A stretch of DNA of 63,990 bases, the filler included. It is 9 parts of 9 records of this genome, joined end to end, with 100 filler letters (N's around TTAATTAATTAA, not from the genome) between each part and the next. Parts side by side here need not be neighbours in the genome. Positions count along the whole stretch, not along the records: positions 40,625 to 47,584 come from SRR31147125_59170; positions 47,685 to 52,983 come from SRR31147125_59184; 7 more parts are not named here. One strand, 5' to 3'. Every line of letters starts with the position of its first letter. Position 1 is the stretch's first letter. The notes beneath the pieces were generated by a model. That model was not told the origin of the DNA, ran no database searches, and saw only the letters and a list, made by a program, of their open reading frames with translations. Positions 41,422 to 53,083 of the stretch are shown here, piece by piece. Both the position numbers and the translations under genes were made by a program.

Positions 41422-42369
41422 ATGATAAAAGCAGAAAACTTAACGAAATACTACGGAAGTAACTTAGGAATATCAAATGTAAGCTTTGAAGTAAATAAAA
41501 ACGAGATAATTGGATTACTTGGTAAAAATGGTGCTGGTAAAACAACTACCATGAATATAATTACTGGATATATATCATCAACTGAAGGTAGTGTAAGAAT
41601 ACATGGATATGATATATTTAAAAATCCAAGCAAGGCAAAATCCAAGATAGGCTATCTACCTGAAAAACCACCTATATACATGGATATGACTGTAGATGAG
41701 TATTTAGATTTTTGTGCACATTTAAAAGGAATTGAAAGAGAATTAAGAAAAAAGCATATTGATGAAATATGCATTTTAGTAGGAATTAATGAAGTTCGCG
41801 CAAGACTATGCAAAAACCTGTCTAAAGGATATAAGCAAAGAGTGGGATTAGCTCAAGCACTTGTTGGAAATCCTGAAATACTAGTATTAGATGAACCTAC
41901 AATTGGCCTTGACCCTAAACAGATTATTCAAATAAGACAACTTATTAAAGCGCTTGGAAAAAAACACACAATTATTATATCTTCACATATATTAGCTGAA
42001 ATTGCACAGATATGTGAAAGAGTAATAATCATTGATGAAGGTAAGGTTGTAGCGTCTGACACATTGTCTAACTTAACAAACTCATTAGATGAACATGAAA
42101 GTATGTATTTGCGAGTTAAGGATATAGATGAAAGTTATTTATCTGATATAGAAAAAGTAGAAGGTATCTTATCTGTAGATTCTATAGGGATGGCAGAAGA
42201 TAATAGCTTTGACTTTGTAGTTACATACAATAAACAAAGTGAGGCAAGAGAGAATATATTTAACTATGCAGTAAAAACAAAAAAAACAATTTTAATGATG
42301 AAACCAAAAGAGACAACACTAGAAGATGTGTTTTTAAAAGTTACAAAATCTAAAAGGAGTGATGGATAA
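41422..42369 (+). CDS. ABC transporter ATPase (GldA-like)
   Basis: GKNGAGKTT, LSKGYKQRVGLAQA and LDEPT motifs. Confidence 0.95.
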   Translation: MIKAENLTKYYGSNLGISNVSFEVNKNEIIGLLGKNGAGKTTTMNIITGYISSTEGSVRIHGYDIFKNPSKAKSKIGYLPEKPPIYMDMTVDEYLDFCAHLKGIERELRKKHIDEICILVGINEVRARLCKNLSKGYKQRVGLAQALVGNPEILVLDEPTIGLDPKQIIQIRQLIKALGKKHTIIISSHILAEIAQICERVIIIDEGKVVASDTLSNLTNSLDEHESMYLRVKDIDESYLSDIEKVEGILSVDSIGMAEDNSFDFVVTYNKQSEARENIFNYAVKTKKTILMMKPKETTLEDVFLKVTKSKRSDG

Positions 42370-43072
42370 TGAATGCAATATATATTAGAGAATTAAAAAG
42401 CTACTTCCTATCTCCTATAGCCTATATTTTTATGGGAGCTTTTATGCTGATTGCAGCTATATTCTTTTCCTTAACTAATATTATAGGGTTAAGTACTAAC
42501 TTTTCTTCAACTTTAGGTTCGCTGTCCTTTATTTTTATGATAACAGTACCTATACTTACAATGAGGTTGTTCTCGCAGGAGAAAAAGACAAAACTGACCA
42601 GCTTTTGCTGACATCAAGCGTGTCAATAAAGGACATCGTGCTTGCAAAATACTTATCTGCATCTACAGTGTTTTTAGCAACACTTATAGTATCTTTAATA
42701 TTTCCGTTTATAATAAGCATGTATGGCAATCCGGTGTTTGGTGAAATGTTATGCTCTTACATTGGGTTTTTCCTGCTTGGATTAGTTATGATAGCGATTG
42801 GGTTATTTATATCTACTTTAACAGAAAGTCAGGTGGTGGCAGCAATTTTAACTGGAGCAGTGATGCTTGTTATGTGGGTTGCTGATGCAGCACTTACTTT
42901 AGTTCCTGATAATTTTATAGGGGACATTTTATCTTGGTTTTCGCTGTTTGAGAGGCTAGAACCATTTATTTTGGGTGAATTATCATTGACACATATAATC
43001 TATTTTATTAGCTTCGTTGGTATATTTTTATACGCTGCCTATATAAGTGTAGAAAAAAGAAGGTGGAGCTGA
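42369..43072 (+). CDS. ABC-2 permease (GldF-like), split by a -1 A near 42582-42586
   Basis: RELKSYFLSPIAY; the frames join as EKK-DKTDQLLLTS. Confidence 0.88.
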
Positions 43073-43073
43073 T

Positions 43074-44555
43074 ATGAAATTAACAGATAAAATAAAATCA
43101 AATAAAAAATTAAAATATAGTAGCTATTCAACAATAATGATTTTAGGAGTAATAATTATTTTGTTATTTATTAATTACTCTATTACTATTTTGGATGATA
43201 ATTTCAATTTATCTTTGGATATGACTGCCTACAGAATATACTCCTTAACTAGTGCAACCAAAGATGTTATTAATGAATTAGATACTGATATTTTTATTTA
43301 TACAACAGAAACAGCTGGAATAGAGGACAGCAATGTAGAGGAGCTATTAAATAACTATAAATCTTCTTCTAATAAAATACATGTTATCAATATTGACATA
43401 GTTAAAAATCCTGGTGCAGTAGAGTACTATAATGAATCTTCCAGCTTCAATGTAACTGCTGGGAGCATTATTGTAAGCAATTCTTATGATACTAACGATA
43501 GAGATCAAAGATATAAAATACTAGAATATGGAGAACTATATACATATAGTGATGATAGTGAATCTTATGATAGATTTAATGCAGAGGATGCTGTAACTGG
43601 CGCCGTTAAATGCGTTATTAACCCAAATAACCAAAAAGTTTGGCTGCTGGATAACCATAGCAGTGATAATTCGGAAAATGAAATAATAAAAGAAATATTA
43701 GAAGATGAAAACTATCAGGTTGGAATGCTGGATATACTAAATGGACAAAGCCCGCTTGCTGCTGGTGATATTGTGATGATTTTATCTTTGGATAGTGATT
43801 TAACATCAGTTGAAAGAAATATATTGAACGAATTTATGGATGATGGAGGAAGGCTGATAATAGGCATAGATCCTGCTATAAACGCAACAACAGATTTAAG
43901 TAATGTACTATCTTTGATAGAGAGATATAATATAAAACTTGGACAAGGTGTAATAATGGAAACAAATCTTAATAATGTTGCAGTGACTAGTGACAGCGAA
44001 TATATGTACTCGTTTATAATACCTGAGATGGCGGAACATGAGATAACAAATGAATTCCTGGTAGGGGATTATAAACTATTACTAGGAATGAGTGTGGGGA
44101 GAATAATCTTGCCTGAGAAGATTAATGATACGGACATAGATATTCAGCAATTACTGGGTACATCTGATACATCATATATAGAACCGTGGAGCAGTGAAAT
44201 GGACGGTGAACCTAATTACGATGCTGAGTATGGAGAATTTACTGTAATGGCGGCAGTAACAGATGAGAGTAAAAATACTAAGGCACTAATATTGTCCGCG
44301 CCAGAACTGTTTACGTATGCAGAAACCTTTAGCCAGAATGTATATATGAATAAAGATTTTCTATTAAAGAGCGTCTTATGGCTTAGTGACAGCGAAGAGG
44401 ATTTCTATATATCAAGTAAACCTTTAATTAACTCACCACTAATGCTTGAAACGATGAGCGAAGCATATTTAATAATAGTACTAGTATGCGTTGTTATACC
44501 GTTGATTATATTTGGAGCAGGCATATTTATATTTATTAAAAGGAATAATTTATAG
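43074..44555 (+). CDS. GldG-like ABC accessory protein
   Basis: N-terminal TM, DMTAYRIYSLTSAT motif, C-terminal TM. Confidence 0.85.
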   Translation: MKLTDKIKSNKKLKYSSYSTIMILGVIIILLFINYSITILDDNFNLSLDMTAYRIYSLTSATKDVINELDTDIFIYTTETAGIEDSNVEELLNNYKSSSNKIHVINIDIVKNPGAVEYYNESSSFNVTAGSIIVSNSYDTNDRDQRYKILEYGELYTYSDDSESYDRFNAEDAVTGAVKCVINPNNQKVWLLDNHSSDNSENEIIKEILEDENYQVGMLDILNGQSPLAAGDIVMILSLDSDLTSVERNILNEFMDDGGRLIIGIDPAINATTDLSNVLSLIERYNIKLGQGVIMETNLNNVAVTSDSEYMYSFIIPEMAEHEITNEFLVGDYKLLLGMSVGRIILPEKINDTDIDIQQLLGTSDTSYIEPWSSEMDGEPNYDAEYGEFTVMAAVTDESKNTKALILSAPELFTYAETFSQNVYMNKDFLLKSVLWLSDSEEDFYISSKPLINSPLMLETMSEAYLIIVLVCVVIPLIIFGAGIFIFIKRNNL

Positions 44556-44558
44556 TAT

Positions 44559-46028
44559 ATGAATAAAAGAATACGAAATATAATTATTTTATCACTGGTT
44601 TTAGCTGTAATATTAGGAGCAAATATATGGCTTAGAAATGCTATAGGCAACAGTAATTCAGAAGACAATTCAGATGCAAATCAGAGTGAATATATTAGTA
44701 ATTATTCTGTTGGCTCTGTAAGTAAAATTAAAATTGAGAATGATAATGGTACAGTTATATTAACATCTAAAGATGATATATGGAGTATAGAAGGCAGAGA
44801 AGACGCAGAGCTTGACCAAGGGGTTATTTCGGAGCTTGCTTATATGCTTACTCACATTGTAGGTGAGCGCACAGTAAGTGATACAAATGATACAACAAAT
44901 ACATATGGAATGCTTAGTCCGTCTGCTACTATTACAACATATCATGAAGGTGTATTAGAACAGACATTTATCATCGGCAATGAAGCCCCGATTGAAAATG
45001 AATATTACCTGCAGTCTTCTGTATTTAATAAAGTTTATACAGTAGATATGGCATATTATATTTATGGTCAGATTACAATTGAAGATTTAATATTGATAAA
45101 CGGCATAGATATTGAGCATGTTGATATGAAAAAAATAAAGATTTCTAATACATTAGGTGAAGAATTTACCATACGAAGAACTTTGGATGATAATGACATT
45201 TCGTTGTGCTACTGGGAATTTGTTGAGCCGTTTAATCATGATATTGATACAGCAGTTATGTATGGAAGTGAACAATATGAAGGCATGATTACATATATTA
45301 CCCAGCTTATAGGGGACAGAATAGTAGGAAGTATTGAAAGTGACAGTACAGAATATGGGCTGGATAATCCAATCTTTACAGCGGATATATCAAGCAACTC
45401 TGATAGAAGTCGAAGCCTTGCTATAGGAGATTATGGAGATGATGAAAACTACTCTTTAAAATTGGGCGATGATAATAATCTATATATAATATCAAAAGAT
45501 ACAGTTCCATTTATTGATTATTCCGCTTATATGATTGCGGAAGCTAATCTTGACTTAATAAATATTGATGTGGTTGATAAATTAACGATTGATTTACCAG
45601 ATTTAAAAACAGAAATTAATATTTCTCATACTATTAAGAAGAACGATGACGGTACAGATACTGAGGACACCAACGGTAATGTTGTATATGAAGCAGGTAT
45701 AAATATTGACACTTTAGATGAAACATTAATAGGAGCTTTAAACATAGATGAGCAAAAGATATGGTTTTATCAGGATATTGCAACTATAAAAATTGATGAT
45801 TTATTATTAGAAAATAGTGTAGGAGATAAAATTGGAAGTATATTATATAATTTGAATTCTAAATATAAATCATTATATTTAATAGAATTCTATGAATATA
45901 ATAAGTCTTATTATATTGCTAGAAAGAACAATGAAGAAGCAGGATATTTAGTAAATAAAGAATCTATAGAAGAATTAGTAAATAGATATAATTTGTTATT
46001 AAAAGGTGAATTAACAATCGATTACTAA
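44559..46028 (+). CDS. DUF4340-domain protein
   Basis: Repeated YGM/YGLxxP...IG motifs; usual position after GldG. Confidence 0.75.
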   Translation: MNKRIRNIIILSLVLAVILGANIWLRNAIGNSNSEDNSDANQSEYISNYSVGSVSKIKIENDNGTVILTSKDDIWSIEGREDAELDQGVISELAYMLTHIVGERTVSDTNDTTNTYGMLSPSATITTYHEGVLEQTFIIGNEAPIENEYYLQSSVFNKVYTVDMAYYIYGQITIEDLILINGIDIEHVDMKKIKISNTLGEEFTIRRTLDDNDISLCYWEFVEPFNHDIDTAVMYGSEQYEGMITYITQLIGDRIVGSIESDSTEYGLDNPIFTADISSNSDRSRSLAIGDYGDDENYSLKLGDDNNLYIISKDTVPFIDYSAYMIAEANLDLINIDVVDKLTIDLPDLKTEINISHTIKKNDDGTDTEDTNGNVVYEAGINIDTLDETLIGALNIDEQKIWFYQDIATIKIDDLLLENSVGDKIGSILYNLNSKYKSLYLIEFYEYNKSYYIARKNNEEAGYLVNKESIEELVNRYNLLLKGELTIDY

Positions 46029-46131
46029 TAATTGTTTGATATTAATACTTTATAGTAATATATGAATTAAAATTAAGAATAATTATAACAACAATCATAG
46101 TAATTAATCGACGAAAGAAGGGGAAATCCTA

Positions 46132-46997
46132 ATGAAAAAAAGTTTGCACCTTAAAGAAGCAAACGTAGCAGTTATTGGTGTTGGACTGATGGGTGGCTCG
46201 ATATTAAAATCTTTAAAAAAAGTAATAACAAACCCAAAAAAACAATAGCACTAGATATAAATAAAGAAGTGCTCCGAAAAATTGAGAACCTCTCTTTGTC
46301 GGATATTGTTACAGATAATGCCGAATTAGCAATTAAGGATGCAGATTTACTAGTTATATCATTATATCCTGCTCAAGCTATAAGATTTATAAAGGATAAT
46401 ATTAAGCATGTTAAAACAGGATGTATAATAACTGATATTTGCGGTGTGAAAAGAGAATTAATGGATGCAGTTCCTAGCATAATTCCTGAAGGTATAGCCT
46501 ATGTAGGGGGACACCCAATGGCTGGTACAGAACATAAGGGCTTTGACTATAGTGTCGATAATCTTTTTACAAATTGCAAATATATTATTGATAACAGCGA
46601 TAGTGATGGTAAAGAATTGGTTGAAGAATTCGCATATACTTTAGGTGCTGGGAAAATAGTTGAATCAACTGCAACTAATCATGATGAGATGATAGCTTAT
46701 ACTAGCCAGTTGCCCCATGTACTTGCTGTAGCATACATGCTTTGCGCAGGTAATAGGAATGTAGCGGAATTCTCTGCTGGCAGCTTCAGGGACGTTACAC
46801 GAGTTGCTATGATTAACGAGGAAATGTGGAGCGAGCTGTTTTGTGAAAACAAAGATATGCTCGTTGATGAAATTAAGGCTCTAAGGCATGGACTTGCAGA
46901 ATTAGAAGATTATATTTTAAAATGCGATACAGAAAGTTTAAAATTAAAAATGAAAATCGCATCTGGTATGCGTGAAAAAATAGTTGAACTAAAATAA
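46132..46997 (+). CDS. tyrA: Prephenate dehydrogenase; indel in the A-run near 46215
   Basis: VIGVGLMGGSI Rossmann motif in the upstream frame; GGHPMAG, HDEMIAYTSQLPH and SFRDVTRVA motifs. Confidence 0.88.
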
Positions 46998-47006
46998 TTT
47001 ATATGC

Positions 47007-47034
47007 AAAGGCGGCATAATGGATGCCGCCTTTT
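47007..47034. terminator. Bidirectional terminator
   Basis: AAAGGCGGCAT-aatgg-ATGCCGCCTTTT. Confidence 0.8.
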
Positions 47035-47052
47035 AAGGTGCTATTAACTTTG

Positions 47053-47584
47053 TTATTGTCCAGATGCACGCAGTACCATTGCTTGATGGTCAGCACAAAC
47101 TGAATTGGTACCGTGAGTTCTGGAGTTTAAAAAATGCATACAACAATGTCCGTTAAAATTGTTGTCTGTAATAGTACTTGCTCCGTGGGGCTGTCCGTTC
47201 ATAGATGCAGCTATAAGCTCACCATCAATTTCTACAATCACAGCCATCCGTGCCCAGTTGAATGTACCACCGTGAGCCGATTGGAATTTTAAAGAATCAT
47301 CGGCAGTCAGAGGTTCCACATCTGCATGTTTTGAGCCTCCTAATCTTTTAACTTGAAATGTTATTCCGCTATCTATTGCATATACTGTTATTACCTCACC
47401 TACTTCAAATCTATCATCGACGTACTCAAACCAATCACGCAGCGCTCCGTATTCACCATCAAGGCTAGGAGCCTTTTCGGAGCCGCTGGATGCTACAATA
47501 ATATTACCAGAGGCTTCAGTGGTGGATGATACAGAGTTAGTATTTCCAGTATATACTGATTTTACTACTGTGTGCACTTCTTTT
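47053..47584 (-). CDS. C-terminal domain of a clostridial cell-wall protein with a His/Cys motif (5' truncated)
   Basis: HADVEPLT...AASMNGQPHG...NNFNGHCCMHFLNSRTH. Confidence 0.65.
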
Positions 47585-47684
47585 NNNNNNNNNNNNNNNN
47601 NNNNNNNNNNNNNNNNNNNNNNNNNNNNTTAATTAATTAANNNNNNNNNNNNNNNNNNNNNNNNNNNNNNNNNNNNNNNNNNNN

Positions 47685-47790
47685 GTCCGGCGAAACAATG
47701 GGGACGGCCTCCGTCACAGGATGCGTTCTTATTTTTATCGGCATGACCATTGTTGATTTACCGCAACATATCAAATACATCGCCAAATAA
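47685..47790 (+). CDS. 3' end of a probable DMT/EamA transporter
   Basis: SGETMGTASVTGCVLIFIGMTIVDL...* fits the GE...G..LI..G pattern. Confidence 0.45.
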
Positions 47791-48054
47791 GAGTTAAATT
47801 GCTTATGCTGTATAAAGATTAGGGAGAGAAAATAAGTAGTTTCGCCATGCTCCAAAAGAAAGTAAATTATGAGGGATATTTGACATTCCCTTATCCCTTT
47901 AAGCTATTTGCCGTATCGAGCCTTAACTTAAAGGCAAAATTTAATTCTTCCGGCATAATAACTTTCCTTTCGCCGGTATTTTTTCTTTCTTGAGAACCAG
48001 CCCATGAACTTTCTTCATCTTTTTAATATCAGTTTCAGTCCTTATTCATTCTCA

Positions 48055-49596
48055 TTATTTCTGACTCAGCATGATCTGTTTGTAAAGGTCCACCGGTGAC
48101 AGCTTTCCTGAAAGATGCGGGGTTATGATGACAGACGAACAGACTCCCTGACGGCTCAGGTCCCGCTGAAGCGATTTTGAATGAAACCCTCCTAAAAATA
48201 TTGCAGCAGACCGTTTCTCCCCCCGGCCAAAAAAAGTTTGATCTGTTCTGCCATGAATTCCCTGCGCAATGCAGCATAATCATAGAACCGAATAGCCCGG
48301 TCAAGCCCCCTGTCCCATATGCCTGCGTATTCTTCCAGCGTTCTGATTTCCCCCGGATCTGCACCGGCTGATGTCAGGGCTTCCATGACCCTTTTAAATC
48401 GATAAGCCGTTCGTATCCTTTCAACATGTTTTAAGTCATCATGTTCCAGCCGTGATTTAAACAGCTTGTTAATCAGCAGCAGATCCCGGTGCAGGAGATA
48501 AGACCGCCACAGCCCCCCTGCGGATGGGATCGGAGTATGGTGTCAGCCAGGTGATCAATGCTTCTGAACAGGGTATCAGATTGTTTGATAAATGTGTCCA
48601 GTCGCTGCATGGTCAGGATATATTTTCTGGCATTGGGAAAGGGGGTGATATCAACACGAAGAGCCATTGCCATATCTATCACAATACGACTGACATAAGA
48701 CTGGTCTTCACTGCTCCCTTTTGCAGTCCGGAGCGCATATTTCAACTCTGCCAGGAGATGCTGCCGGCCCCGCTCATAGGCTGCATGAAGATCTGAAAAA
48801 TCCGCATATTGAATCTGATCAGGATTCTTTTCTCCCGGCTGAACTGAAACGTCAGTACATCAGTAAGCAGCGCTTCTCCCGGATCTTTTTCTTCAAGAAG
48901 GGAAAACAGTATCTTCATAATTTCAGCCATTTCCTGTTCAGCCCTCTTGTGATCCTTATCAAGCTGGTTTTCTTCACTGATCATCATCCGGAGAAGCACA
49001 ATGGCGGGCAGGCCTGAATAGTCAATCTGGTTTTTATCTGCAAAATCCAACAGGGTTGTCAGATACTTTGACATGTCAATGGGTTTACCGGCTGCCCGTT
49101 TCAGCTTCAGCTCTTTGATCATCTCCCAGTCTTTTGAAAAAGACCGGGATGAAAAGCGCTTTAAAATTTTTTCCATTGCAGCCAGTGCTTTCCGGGCATA
49201 TTTTTCCATTTTTACCGTTGCAAAATAAGCACCCTGATTATCATCATACAGGTCCTGTTTATCAGCCGGATGGATATCAAAACTGTCTTCTGACATAAGG
49301 GCAAGATATTCAACCGGTTTAATTTTTCCCTGCATGAATGCAGCATCTTTATCTGCAATGGTCCGGCCTGAAGTCCTGATATAATCAGCTGACATCGGAT
49401 CAAACACACCTTCTGCAAAAAAATCACTTACACCGTTGGACTGATAAAGGCTGCGCGCAATGTCATAAAGATTACTGCTCATATGAGGCTGTCCCCAGGC
49501 TTCCTGCACAATATACAGGGTGTTGGGGGAATGGATCAGTACCGGTTTTAAGACATATGCCTGTTTTCCTGAAAGACGGGGGGCATTATACGCCAT
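48055..49596 (-). CDS. ~510-aa protein with ChaN/TIKI-like motifs (reconstructed across three indels)
   Basis: RBS GAGGA. N-terminal YIVQEAW...FFAEG...VEYLAL...LYDDN; C-terminal AIRFYDYAALRREFM...AAIFLGGFHSKSLQRDL...VIITP. Joins are at homopolymers near 48829, 48515 and 48222. Confidence 0.65.
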
Positions 49597-52500
49597 GTTT
49601 ATCCTCTTGATGCTTGACCCTGGCGCTGCAATGTCCGGGGTCACTTTGAAGAACGAAAATACTGCCGTTTTCACCACCGGCCAGCATCTCATTTTTATTA
49701 TTTCCAGGTCCCAGGCATTTTAAACCGGTATTTGCCGGAAAAACAGCCAGCCTATCCAGGCCGGGCATTTTCCATTCAACGACCCAGCCGTTATCATGAG
49801 CCGTCAGCAGCCCGGCATTACTAAAAAAAGCAGCGGTTATTTCCTCCAGGCAGGGTATTTTCATTTTTTTAGCAGTTCCGGGAGAGCGGGCCGGCCCTTT
49901 ATCCCAGAAGACTATATCCCCTTTTTTTGAGACAAGGGCCAACGCCTCACCAAACCAGGCCAGGCACAGCGGCATACGGGTCTCTATGTCAACGCAGGGG
50001 CGGGTGATACCGGTCTGCCTGTCCCAGAACTCTATGGTCTGCGATGTCAGAAGATACACTCCGGATTCTTTCCGGTCGGCAATGCTGTGAATCACCGGGG
50101 TTCCCTTTTGGGTCTTTAACTCACCCGAAAGATTTAATGAAAAACCATCATAGTCCCATGATTTTACAATTCCGTTTTCTCCCGCACTTAAGATGACCCG
50201 TCCTGAATCCAGAGTTGAAACGGTCCTGATCTCGTTATTCCCATGGGCATCATGCGGTATCTTTTTATCCCCGTCTGATGAAAATAGACAAAGCCTGCCG
50301 TCACTTCCGGCAGAAATAAACTCTCCTGAGAAAACAATTTTCTGTATCGCATTGATATTATCGTGATGCAGTTTCAGATACCGGCAGGTATTGTTCTCAT
50401 CAATTCGCAGGGTGCCGTCAGAGTTTCCCCAGGCATGGATACTGCCGGATGCAAAACAGGTATAAACAGGATAATCCTTCCAATGCCTTTTATCCGGCAG
50501 GTTCTGTTTTAATTTTGTAATATCAAGCGCCATGGATGCATGATTGTCTGCTGCCAGAAAAACCATCTGGTCAGAAAAACATGCAACCTGATTCAACGGC
50601 CCGGAGTGCACCTGCCATGAAAACCGCTTATCCTGAGGCATCCCTTTTTCCTGTAGCACCACCTCCACTGTCTGAAGGGTACCGTCATCGCCGCAGGCAA
50701 CAACCTGGAGGCTGGATGCATTTTCCCGGCAGACAGTGACTGACCGAACAGCACCATGCTGGAGTTTTTTTCTGCAAAGCAGCTTCCTATTTTTTGTATC
50801 CCATAAAATAATTTCACCGATTGAAGCCGTTACCAGGTAATTTCCGGAAGGAGAAAAACCGCAGGCATAAACCTGCTCAAAATGCTTGACAGAAAACCAT
50901 TCCAGCCTCTTATCACTTGTATTCCATACCCGGACAGAGCGATCATTGGAAACTGTTGCCAGCAGATTCCCCCTGGGGAGAAGGCGCAGTCGTTGATGGT
51001 GTCAACATGGCCTTCAAGCAGTACCGGCGGTTTTTTCATATCATATAGATATATATCCTGGTCACAGATAAGAGCGGCCCGGCTGAATTCATGGTCAGCC
51101 CTGCAGAAATCAATAAGCGGGCCCATTGTTACCGAATGCGTTTTCCGGAACGGTCTGATCTGATACCTGACAAAGGTATTCATCCCGTCAATAAAAGCGA
51201 TGGTGTTCTTATTTTCAGCCAACACAGGAGAGTTGCAGGGTCTGTCTGAAATCGATTGGTCCAATACAACCCGGCCGCTTTCCAGAGACATGATTATCAG
51301 GCGGCCGTTCTCTGTAACAACAGCATAGTTTTCCCCATCCAGGCCCACAGAAAAATCCATTGCAGACTCGGAAATTGACGGATAGGTCAGCCTGACCGGT
51401 GTTGTATGGGCCGGCTTGTTCTGCCAGGTAAAGTATGCCCTGGATTCGGAATCCTCTTCAAGATACTGCCGGGCTTTAATACAGACACCGCTGGTGTCGG
51501 GCTCATTCAATGCCAGTTGGAGCAGCAGTGACGGTTCCCGGCGGAGCTGCTTATTATTTATCCGGGCAAAGGTTTTAAATTCAGACAGGAGCTGTGCATC
51601 TTCCTTGTCCCTGATATCGGCAACAGCTGCTCTTTCATAATCTGCCAGTAATTCATCCGGCATACCGGCAAGATATTTTGCTTCAAGAAACGGAATGTCG
51701 CACAGGTATTGTGTTAATTTTTTAAATGCCTGTGCCTGTGTTAAATGAAATGGAAGTTCAGACAGCATTCGAGACGTAAATCCTTTTTCACTGCCTCTAT
51801 CCCTGGATCGGATAAAATGGCCTGCAATCAGCAGGTGCCACTCCCGTTCCGGCTTCAGACGGGAATACCGGGTTATGCATGAGGTCTTCAGACTGTCATA
51901 AAATAACCGGTACCGTCCCGACTGAAGACCAATAAAGGATTTTATCTGGCGCAGCACAAGATTGACAGCATCTTTTATATCTTCTGAATCACCGGCGGGA
52001 TTCTGTTCGTGGAGGATATCTGCGATCTCGGATAGAGTCAGGCCATACCTGGAATGGGCCAGGCATGCCATGATAACCGGTACCGTCTTTGCCGGAGGCA
52101 GTTGAGTATAGGCAGGATCTTTTTCCAGACGGGAAAGCAGCCGGTTGAAAGCGGTTTCGGGTGTCGGTCCAAACGCTTTTTCAATTTCATCTCTTAATTG
52201 TGAAAACGCACCAAACATTCTAAGTTCAGAAAGCAGGACCTTAATAAAGAGCGGACATCCAGGCGTTTGTACACCTTCCAGCCTAAGCAGAGAGTCAATG
52301 TGATGCCGGTCAAGGCGCTTTAGATACCGTTCCAGGTATGAATGTATCATTAACCGTTTCTGTTCATCATTAAATGGCGACAGGCTGCAGATATGTACAA
52401 AATCAGATCGGCTGCATTCTTCTATAAAGGGCTCTGACTGGTGCGTGCCTGATTTAAAACTGACAACAAGCTTGACCGTGGCAGGTAACTCCCCGGGCAG

Positions 52501-52983
52501 CCATGACAGATCATTTAATCCGGTTTCAAACTGATCAATACCGTCAATTAACAGAAGCAGGGGATGCGCAGTTGAAATCTCGATCAGCATCCTGATCCAG
52601 GTAATTCGAATTTCCCTCATATCTCTGGGAATTGGTCTTTTTAAGATCCTTTTACTTTCCAGCTCTTCAAGAATGGATAACAGCAGTTCTTCTATTGTTG
52701 TTGAGCGGTTATCTGCCCCGACAAACCTGAAAATCAATGTTCTCCGGCCGGGTGAATCCATTGGGGAGCGCTGCATATTCAGCCAGTTTGCCAGAAGTGT
52801 TGTCTTGCCGGCACCGGCAGGTGCATGTACAACAAGAAACCCATTGGAACCCTGGGCTTCAAGATAATTGTTCAGAGGGGAAAACGCATTGTCTCGATGC
52901 ACAAATCCGGTGCAGGCACGCTGGAGAAAATATTCCTGCTGTTCAAGCTCACCTTTCATCGGTGTCAGATCTGAACGGTTTTT
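49586..52983 (-). CDS. NACHT/STAND NTPase with C-terminal WD40 repeats (5' truncated; indels near 50970 and 50765)
   Basis: Walker A APAGAGKTT, Walker B LLLIDGIDQ, PLF, winged helix YRLFYDSL; WD40 units [44 protein letters not shown] and LSAGENGIVKSWD. Confidence 0.85.
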
Positions 52984-53083
52984 NNNNNNNNNNNNNNNNN
53001 NNNNNNNNNNNNNNNNNNNNNNNNNNNTTAATTAATTAANNNNNNNNNNNNNNNNNNNNNNNNNNNNNNNNNNNNNNNNNNNN

